NCBI GenBank assembly: GCA_020354945.1
Contig: CP070655.1
Coordinates: 927,022-952,347, forward strand
Length of the DNA: 25,326 nucleotides
Reading direction: 5' to 3'
Source of the DNA: Candidatus Omnitrophota bacterium
GTDB taxonomy: Bacteria; Omnitrophota; Gorgyraeia; JABMRG01; JAFGKX01
Shown here in pieces: positions 15,529 to 22,528 of the stretch; position 1 is the first letter of the stretch; the number at the start of each line of letters is the position of its first letter. Under the pieces are notes generated by a model. The model saw only the letters and a list, made by a program, of their open reading frames with translations. It did no database searches and was not told where the DNA came from. A program made the position numbers and the translations under genes.

Positions 15529-17834
15529 GCAATCGCTCCCTCCCGACGGGTAAACATCAAAATAATAAAACTGGACATCTTTAACACAACCATTAACATG
15601 CAGCTGTTAAATAACCCTAAGATTGGCAGCAGGGCTACGCCTCCTAACATCCCTCCTATCCATCCGCCTAAAAGGTCGCCGGCGTAAAGAAGACCTGCTG
15701 CCTGACCTATGTTAGGGGATGTCTTTAGATATATTTTATTCCCTAACGGAAATTCCGCTCCTACCAGAAATCCTGATATAAAGGAAAGCGCCAAAAATGT
15801 TATTTGACGGAAGGGGACATTTAATCTGAGCAACGTAAACAGTAATATAAATGAAAAAAAGATAAGGGCTATCTCCAATCTTATAAAGCTCTTGAGGTCG
15901 TCTTTTATCTTTTCCAGGCTTAAGGTCATTGCCAGGCCCCCTAAAGTAAGGCCGACCATAAAAGCAGTAATTAGCAATCCCATCCAGTAATATACAAAGC
16001 CATATAATATCTGGAAAGCAAATATTAAAATTAGGTCAAAAAGCATTCCGCAAAATCCTGTGGCTATTATAGCATATGGTACAGCATAGCGTCCGACTCC
16101 CTTATTCTTGAAGCTAATAATTAAATATAAAATGACAAAAATAATAACAGGTATAATGAAAAACTTCAGGCTTATCTTTTCGAATAATTTAAATATTCCT
16201 TGAGTGTGCGGCGAAAAGAGCGCGTTCCAGAAAGATAAGCTGTAAAATACCCCTATCGGAGAGAAGTCTTTATTTGCTTTTCTTTTAGCCTCTTTGATAG
16301 ATTCTAAGTACCATTTTAGCCTACCCGGAGCCAATTTATATTCAATGTAATTCTGAGTTATAAGGGATGCCCCAAAACCCCGCTGTTTAAACCTCCGGGT
16401 AAGTAAAGCAGGATTGATAGCGCTTAAGTTTCCCGAAGCAGAACTTAGAAGGATATTGGTATCACCGGGAATAGTTCTTATATAAGGAAAATTGATTTTT
16501 AGGGCATCATGGATACAGGCATTGAGTTTTCTTAATTCGTAGCTTAAGTAACTCAAAGAACCCGGCAGATTAATAGCTAATATACCATTTTCATTTAGCC
16601 GATTTTTAGCCATTGAGAAGAATTCTTCCGTAAAAAGCCTGTTTGTCTGCAAATCCTGCGGATTGGGTATCCCGATCATTATGACATCATATCTATTTTT
16701 GGTATCTTTAAGAAAGTATCTGCCATCAACATAATGGATTTTAACCCGGGGGTCGGATAGTTCTTTCCGGGTAATGGGAGCAGAAAATCTCTTAGCCGCT
16801 TTTATGATTAAAGGGTCAAGTTCGCAATAGTCTATTTCTTCCACCGGATGTTTTAATACCTCGTTTATCAGGCCTCCGGCGCCGCCGCTTATTATCAATA
16901 TAGTTTTTGGAGAAGGATGAGAAAGTAAAGGAAGGTGGGCGAATTCCTCAACAAAGAAAATATCCGGAGTAGGGCTGCTGAACATCGGGATGCCATTGCT
17001 AAAAAAGGTATATTGCTTGCCCCTTTCTGTAACAGCTACATTACCATAGACGGAATTGCGATAGTAAATAACTTTATGCTGAGGCCATTGCTTTTTAAGG
17101 GAATCCCGGTGAATATTGTCTGCTTTTAAGATAAGGAAGATATTTAAAAATAAAAATATACAAGTTATATATCCTAATAATTTAGTTAATAATAATCTAT
17201 CAGGTTTATAGGAAGCTCCCAGCAGAATTAGGCATATCAAAATATTTAACAGGCTTATGCCGAAGGTTATTTGAAAGGAATTAAAATATCTGATAAGTAG
17301 ATAAGTAAAGACAATCCCGCCTATCAATGTGCCAAAGGCTTCATAAACATAAACCTTCCCTATTACTCCGCCGCCAAGGGAAGGCTTGCCTTTGATGCCT
17401 TCTACGGATACGTCGCTGCCTTGAAATGACGAATATATCCTGCAACCGAAAGTAAAAAGCGCCCCATGAGGAATGGATATAGGCAAAAGCAATATAAAGG
17501 AAGAGCAAAATATGGGGACGATACCCAGGCCTTCTCCGGGCGTCAACCCGAAAATAATATTTAATACCCGGGTTAAATAAACTACTAAAGGCAGAGAAAG
17601 ACAAAAGATAAGTTGCAGGATTATAAATGTCTCGATTTTTCGTTTTATATGCTCAATTCTTTTGCCAACGAAAAAAGCACCGGCTGCTTCAAGGATTAGC
17701 CAGTTGGCTAAAATAATACCTATCGAGAGTTCATTGCCATAAAACTTTATTAGAAGCTCTCGCAACAGCAATACCTGAGCTACAATGCCGCTGAATCCGA
17801 CTATTATTAAGGCAGCTATAAATCTTTTTTTCAT
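15525..17834 (-). CDS. Fused membrane (MFS-like) / spermidine-synthase-like protein
   Basis: N- and C-terminal TM bundles (QVLLLREL..FYGNELS; LYAGDLLG) flanking a SAM-fold domain (EEFAHLPLLSHP.P, GGAGG, ELDP, DGRYF). Confidence 0.85.
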   Translation of the reverse strand: MKKRFIAALIIVGFSGIVAQVLLLRELLIKFYGNELSIGIILANWLILEAAGAFFVGKRIEHIKRKIETFIILQLIFCLSLPLVVYLTRVLNIIFGLTPGEGLGIVPIFCSSFILLLPISIPHGALFTFGCRIYSSFQGSDVSVEGIKGKPSLGGGVIGKVYVYEAFGTLIGGIVFTYLLIRYFNSFQITFGISLLNILICLILLGASYKPDRLLLTKLLGYITCIFLFLNIFLILKADNIHRDSLKKQWPQHKVIYYRNSVYGNVAVTERGKQYTFFSNGIPMFSSPTPDIFFVEEFAHLPLLSHPSPKTILIISGGAGGLINEVLKHPVEEIDYCELDPLIIKAAKRFSAPITRKELSDPRVKIHYVDGRYFLKDTKNRYDVIMIGIPNPQDLQTNRLFTEEFFSMAKNRLNENGILAINLPGSLSYLSYELRKLNACIHDALKINFPYIRTIPGDTNILLSSASGNLSAINPALLTRRFKQRGFGASLITQNYIEYKLAPGRLKWYLESIKEAKRKANKDFSPIGVFYSLSFWNALFSPHTQGIFKLFEKISLKFFIIPVIIFVILYLIISFKNKGVGRYAVPYAIIATGFCGMLFDLILIFAFQILYGFVYYWMGLLITAFMVGLTLGGLAMTLSLEKIKDDLKSFIRLEIALIFFSFILLFTLLRLNVPFRQITFLALSFISGFLVGAEFPLGNKIYLKTSPNIGQAAGLLYAGDLLGGWIGGMLGGVALLPILGLFNSCMLMVVLKMSSFIILMFTRREGAIA

Positions 17835-17837
17835 ATG

Positions 17838-17887
17838 AAAAAAAGGTCAGGCCCTAACATGCGTATTCTCTATGCCAGAGCCTGACC
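17838..17887 (-). terminator. 16-bp hairpin plus U7: intrinsic terminator and/or GGTCAGG-type palindromic element
   Basis: Minus strand GGTCAGGCTCTGGCAT-11 nt-ATGTTAGGGCCTGACC TTTTTTT, fully paired with three G-U pairs. Confidence 0.75.
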
Positions 17888-17918
17888 CAAACTGACTTGC
17901 ATCACTCGCCCGTTGCTG

Positions 17919-18284
17919 CTATTTATTACCCAGGCCGGCCTGATGACCTTCGCTGTAACCTTTCTCAAAACCCTGCTGATAGCCGGATTGATATCCTCGC
18001 TGGAATGCCTCTGTCGAACCCATGCCTTCTACAGTCTTGACTTCCTCCACCCTTTTGCCGGTCATAGAATCAAAGAGCATGCCACCTACAATATTTACAC
18101 CTGCTCCGACAAGGGCGCCTGTGCCGGCTTTGCCGCCCGATACTTCAGAAGAGACGGCACCGGTAGCAGCCCCTAAAAGTCCTTGTTTTAAGAGGTTCTG
18201 CGCTGTCTTTTCATCACATTGGCCAATATTGCAGATGGTTACAATCAGCAACGCCGCCACGACTATTGTAATTATCACTTTCAT
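17919..18284 (-). CDS. Small secreted glycine-zipper-like protein
   Basis: Signal-like N-terminus, GLLGAATGA..GTGALVGAG, C-terminal GxxxG repeats; AAAGGAGG SD. Confidence 0.75.
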   Translation of the reverse strand: MKVIITIVVAALLIVTICNIGQCDEKTAQNLLKQGLLGAATGAVSSEVSGGKAGTGALVGAGVNIVGGMLFDSMTGKRVEEVKTVEGMGSTEAFQRGYQSGYQQGFEKGYSEGHQAGLGNK

Positions 18285-18314
18285 CTCTTGCCTCCTTTCA
18301 TCACTCTATATATA

Positions 18315-18343
18315 AGTATGACACGTTTTTCTTACGATGTCAA
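18315..18343 (-). promoter_or_regulatory. sigma70 promoter for the 17919-18284 gene
   Basis: TTGACA-17 nt-CATACT with a TG extension. Confidence 0.7.
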
Positions 18344-18353
18344 TATTCCAAAT

Positions 18354-18713
18354 TCATTTTCCTAAAATCATCTTTAATGCTACACCGATTAAAAATGCAC
18401 CGAATATCTTCTTAAGCAAAGCATCCGGGATTGGCGTAACAAAAGATGCGCCGATTAATCCACCGATAAAAAATCCTACGCAGATTAAGGCAGCGACTTT
18501 TATATCTGCGTTTCCTGCCTGGTAATACTTAATTGCTGCTAATAGGCCAATAGGCGGCACCATTAAGGCTAGAGTTGTGCCCTGTGCCTGATGCTGGGTG
18601 AATCCTAAAAGATAGACTAAAGCCGGAATGATAATTGTCCCGCCACCAATGCCTAAGAATCCACTGAATATCCCTGCAATTAAGCCTAATGTTAAGCAAA
18701 AGTATATACTCAT
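18354..18713 (-). CDS. TauE/SafE (TSUP) family transporter, half-size
   Basis: SGFLGIGGGTIIIPAL, QHQAQGTTL; start ATG 18713 after GGAGGAGG (the ORF-track extension is repeat DNA). Confidence 0.9.
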   Translation of the reverse strand: MSIYFCLTLGLIAGIFSGFLGIGGGTIIIPALVYLLGFTQHQAQGTTLALMVPPIGLLAAIKYYQAGNADIKVAALICVGFFIGGLIGASFVTPIPDALLKKIFGAFLIGVALKMILGK

Positions 18714-18728
18714 TGCCTCCTCCATATA

Positions 18729-18776
18729 GGTGTCAGGCACCGGGATGTGCATTGTCTATGCCTAGTGCCTGACACC
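18729..18776. repeat. Palindromic element GGTGTCAGGCAC...GTGCCTGACACC containing the helicase stop codon
   Basis: Perfect 12-bp arms at 18729-18740 and 18765-18776. Confidence 0.8.
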
Positions 18777-20736
18777 CAATACTCTCTTCCTTCTGCTCTG
18801 TTTCCCATTTTTCATAAGATTCATGCGGTAATTCTTCAATAAAAACAGAAGGCCTGGCTATTACATTGCCGTAATTGTAATCGTACCTTGTCATAGGGTG
18901 GATTAAATACAGATAATTTTTGGCCCTGGTAACTGCTACGTAAAAAAGTCGCCTCTCCTCTTCTAACTGCTGCAAATCCTCCATGGATTTTGAATGGGGA
19001 AACTGATTGTCAATCAAGCCTATTATCATAACAGCATCCCATTCCAACCCTTTTGCCTGATGGATAGTTGTAAGTATCAGATAGTCGCTGGTATCTTTCA
19101 CAGGCTCGATTACGGTCTCGCCTTTAAAGGTTTCGCCTAAACTTGTATCTGCCAAGAATTTATTTACGCTTCTGTAGGTATGAGCAAAGTTGAGAAGCTC
19201 TTTTAAGTCATCGAGCCTGTCTTTGTAATTGTCAAAGTGGGTAATGCAGTATTTTTCATAACCTGTTTTGATTACGGTCTCGAGCATCAAATCAATTTTA
19301 CCGTATGTATTATCCTTAGTAACGGCGGACATCGTATTTCGGAAATGTTCAAATGCCACTCTTGTCTTTTTCTTAAGAAAATTCCAATGCTTATCCTTAA
19401 ATATATCTTTTAAAGATTTGCAATTCCAGGTGAAATTTTTAAAGATTTTGGTTGAAAATCCTGCGCCTATCCCTTGCTCTAAAGATAAAGCCCTCATCCA
19501 GGCAATTTCATCATTTGGATTCTGAATTATCCTTAAATAAGATAATGCATCCTTTATATGGGCCTGTTCAAAAAACTTTATACCGCCTCTTATAATATAA
19601 GGGATGCCTCGTTTAAGCAGTTCCATTTCCAATTCTGCGGATTGATAATGGGCCCTGAAAAGCACCGCCATTTTCTTTAGGTCATAGCCTTCATCATGAA
19701 GTTCTAAAACCCTTTGTATTATGAAAGCACTCTGCCGGCGTAAATCTCTTACCTCTATTAATATAGGTTTTTCTCCCCGGCCTTTCACGCTTTTTAAATC
19801 TTTTTCATACTGTTTCCTGTTAAAATTTATAGATTCATTTGCCAGATCTAGAATGTCCTGGCTCGAACGATAATTTGTCTGCAGTTTAAAAATTTTTGTT
19901 TCAGGAAATTCTTTAGGGAAATTGAAGATATTATCTATTGTCGCTCCGCGGAATGCATAGATACTCTGGGCGTCATCGCCGACAACCAGTATATTTTTAT
20001 GCTCCTCGGACAATATCTTTATTATCTCAAATTGCAGTTTATTGGTATCCTGATACTCATCCACAAGGATATTTTCAAATTGCCCGGTAAATCTGCCTCT
20101 GACTGCTTGTGATTGATTAAGCAATCTTAAAGTCTCAGTCAAAAGGTCGTCATAATCTAAATTATTAGAAGAGGCCTTCCTCTTCGTGTAAATGGAATAG
20201 ATTACCTTTACGTCGTTTATAAGTTCTAAAAATTCAGGGTAATACGTGTTTATAACGTTTGAGAGATTTTCTTTGGTATTGCGTGAGTAACTTATAATAG
20301 ACTGGATAACCCGCGGCGCTGGAAAAAATTTATCTTTTGTATTTATTTTTAATTCTCTTAGGCACGCTTTTATTAAAGTCCTCGCATCTTCTTGATCCAT
20401 TATATTGTAATCCGGCTTTATTCCGATATGCTTACCGCGCATCCTCAATATACGATTCCCAATATGGTGAAATGTGCCGCACCATAAATCTTTGACGTCT
20501 TTTCTAAGAAGCATCTCCACTCTGTCTTTCATCTGGCGGGCTGCTTTATTTGTGAACGTGGCAAGGAGGATATTATCGGGTTTTACCCCTCTTTCTAAGA
20601 GGTAGGCCACCCTGTAGATGAGAGTTCTGGTTTTGCCGCTTCCTGCGCCGGCCAAAACCAGGCAGGGTTCATCTGCTCCCATTACTACTTTGAGCTGTTC
20701 AGGATTAAGGTGCTTGGTATAATCGATTTTTAGCAT
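18733..20736 (-). CDS. UvrD/PcrA/Rep-family SF1 DNA helicase
   Basis: LNPEQ, LAGAGSGKT, TFTNKAA, LVDEYQD, VGDDAQSIYAFRGA, NYRS, TIHQAKGLE, EERRLFYVAVTRA. The probable start is ATG 20736. Confidence 0.95.
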   Translation of the reverse strand: MLKIDYTKHLNPEQLKVVMGADEPCLVLAGAGSGKTRTLIYRVAYLLERGVKPDNILLATFTNKAARQMKDRVEMLLRKDVKDLWCGTFHHIGNRILRMRGKHIGIKPDYNIMDQEDARTLIKACLRELKINTKDKFFPAPRVIQSIISYSRNTKENLSNVINTYYPEFLELINDVKVIYSIYTKRKASSNNLDYDDLLTETLRLLNQSQAVRGRFTGQFENILVDEYQDTNKLQFEIIKILSEEHKNILVVGDDAQSIYAFRGATIDNIFNFPKEFPETKIFKLQTNYRSSQDILDLANESINFNRKQYEKDLKSVKGRGEKPILIEVRDLRRQSAFIIQRVLELHDEGYDLKKMAVLFRAHYQSAELEMELLKRGIPYIIRGGIKFFEQAHIKDALSYLRIIQNPNDEIAWMRALSLEQGIGAGFSTKIFKNFTWNCKSLKDIFKDKHWNFLKKKTRVAFEHFRNTMSAVTKDNTYGKIDLMLETVIKTGYEKYCITHFDNYKDRLDDLKELLNFAHTYRSVNKFLADTSLGETFKGETVIEPVKDTSDYLILTTIHQAKGLEWDAVMIIGLIDNQFPHSKSMEDLQQLEEERRLFYVAVTRAKNYLYLIHPMTRYDYNYGNVIARPSVFIEELPHESYEKWETEQKEESIGCQALGIDNAHPGA

Positions 20737-20742
20737 ATTAAC

Positions 20743-20897
20743 GGGGACGCTTTCCAAGGTGCCACTTTCCAGCACGGAAACTTTCAAGTTTTCCGACTTT
20801 TATATTAAACTTTTGATTTTCTATATAAACTACTATAGAAATTTTACCAAAACTTGCCAATTTTGTGTTGGAGACTGGCACCTTGGAAAACGTCCCT
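20743..20897. mobile_element. 155-bp MITE-like element with about 50-bp imperfect inverted arms
   Basis: Left ggggacgctttccaaggtgccactttccagcacggaaactttcaagtttt versus reverse complement of right agggacgttttccaaggtgccagtctccaacacaaaattggcaagtttt (first 22 nt 20/22); AT-rich core with an inner hairpin tttctata/tatagaaa. Confidence 0.75.
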
Positions 20898-20898
20898 A

Positions 20899-22092
20899 TT
20901 ACATATATTTCCTGTAAATCCCGAGGATGTTTTTGGCAAGGGTATCTTTGGTGTAATGAGAGGTTACAATCTGCCTGCCGGTGCTGCCGAGCCTTTTTCT
21001 TAATCGCTCGTTTGTCAATAGAAGAATTATTCTTGAGGCCAATACTTCAAAATCTTTTATCGGTATGACAAAGCCGGTTATGCCATCCTGGATTATCTCA
21101 GGCATGCCCCCGGACATAGTAACAATCATCGGTTTCTCTGAAGCCATAGCCTCCAGCATTGTCAGGCCAAAAGGTTCACCAACGCTGGAAGGATACATAC
21201 AGACTTCTGAAAGGGCATAAATCTGCCGAATCTGCTCCAGAGTAAATGTATCTATCAACACGCGTTTTCTTAGATTAAAAAATTTTATAAGGTTTACCAT
21301 ATAAGCAATGTCTTTTTCCTGTGTTGCGCCCCAGTCAATAATATTTTTTGTTCCGGCTAAAACCAAAATTACATCTGGAAATTGATCTTTTACAATATTA
21401 AGGGCCTTTATGCTGGTATCGCAACCTTTGGCAAGCCCCATTCTTGCCGGATGAAATAATATACGCCTGTTTTTAAGCATAGGGTAATCTTTAAGTATTC
21501 TCTTGGTTTCTATGCCCGGCCTATATTTTTTGGTATCCATGCCATGATGTACCACTGTTATTTTTCTATCATCGCAGCCGGAACCGATAAGCTCCTTTTT
21601 TATATAGTGGCTTACTGCAATTATATGAGCCCAGTTAATATCTCTGATTAAGTCAAGATAAAGTATATCATCCCAGACGTTGTGCGCTGTTAATATTATC
21701 GGAATCCCTTTTCTTTTTGCTACATCCTGCAAAGTATAGGCATGCAATTTGCTAAAATAATGCATATTATGGGCATGTATTACATCGGCCCTGGAGCAGT
21801 CAATGAACTTAGTAAAGAGCCTTTTTATCTCTTCTTCCAGGCCTTCAAAGCCTCTTTTAAATAGCCAGTTTAAATCCATTAAAGGTGAACGAATGATATG
21901 GACACGGTTCTGCGTATAATCGGTTTTGCAACCTTCAACGCTGCTGGTAAGCAGCCACACATTATGGCCTTTGGATGCTAATGTGGGCAAAAGGATGGCT
22001 AGATGGGTTTCCACTCCGCCGATTATAGGAGGAAATCCCCAGTGAAGTTGGGCTATATTCAGTTTCTTTTTAAATTTGCGTTTCTTTTTCAT
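20899..22092 (-). CDS. Glycosyltransferase family 4
   Basis: FPPIIGGVE, DVIHAHN, IIAVS, EPFGLTMLEAMA, GGMPEII. Confidence 0.93.
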   Translation of the reverse strand: MKKKRKFKKKLNIAQLHWGFPPIIGGVETHLAILLPTLASKGHNVWLLTSSVEGCKTDYTQNRVHIIRSPLMDLNWLFKRGFEGLEEEIKRLFTKFIDCSRADVIHAHNMHYFSKLHAYTLQDVAKRKGIPIILTAHNVWDDILYLDLIRDINWAHIIAVSHYIKKELIGSGCDDRKITVVHHGMDTKKYRPGIETKRILKDYPMLKNRRILFHPARMGLAKGCDTSIKALNIVKDQFPDVILVLAGTKNIIDWGATQEKDIAYMVNLIKFFNLRKRVLIDTFTLEQIRQIYALSEVCMYPSSVGEPFGLTMLEAMASEKPMIVTMSGGMPEIIQDGITGFVIPIKDFEVLASRIILLLTNERLRKRLGSTGRQIVTSHYTKDTLAKNILGIYRKYM

Positions 22093-22122
22093 AAATCACC
22101 GCTTAATCCTTACAACTTAATC

Positions 22123-22509
22123 CTAATAATACTGCCTCAGCAATTTATCAATAACATCCTTCCTTGCTATCACCCCGATTACTTTTTTATCTTTATCAAC
22201 TACAGGTATGTTTCTAAACGGCTTATTTGTAAATATTTTGGCTACATCATATAAAGATATATCGGGCGTTACGCTAACAACCTTTTTGGTCATAATATCG
22301 CCGGCCTTTTCTTTTAGAAAATCTACATCTTTCTGAAAACCGTTTATTACGTCTCTTTCAGAGACGTATCCAATAAGCCTGCCTTTATTATCGACTATTG
22401 ATACCCCGCTTATTTTATTTCGTATCAACAACTTACATACTGTCTTTATCCTGGTATCTTTCTTTACCGTAATAACTTTTTTACTGACAACATCCATAGC
22501 TTTATGCAT
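22123..22509 (-). CDS. Stand-alone CBS-pair protein
   Basis: Two CBS repeats (IVDNKGRLIGYVSERD; IPVVD...IGVIARKD); probable start ATG 22509 after GAGGGGG. Confidence 0.9.
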   Translation of the reverse strand: MHKAMDVVSKKVITVKKDTRIKTVCKLLIRNKISGVSIVDNKGRLIGYVSERDVINGFQKDVDFLKEKAGDIMTKKVVSVTPDISLYDVAKIFTNKPFRNIPVVDKDKKVIGVIARKDVIDKLLRQYY

Positions 22510-22528
22510 ATCATTCACCCCCTCATGC

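Noticed and set aside
17366-17425. Possible repeat-derived insertion in the SpeE-like gene (QGSDVSVEGIKGKPSLGGG)
   Set aside because: Only a 6-bp stem (gaaggc/gccttc) and no match to the other elements; cannot be told apart from an ordinary variable loop without orthologs.
18733-20736. Helicase as part of an anti-phage defence system
   Set aside because: No nuclease, ATPase or other defence partner is adjacent; it looks like a housekeeping UvrD/PcrA paralog.
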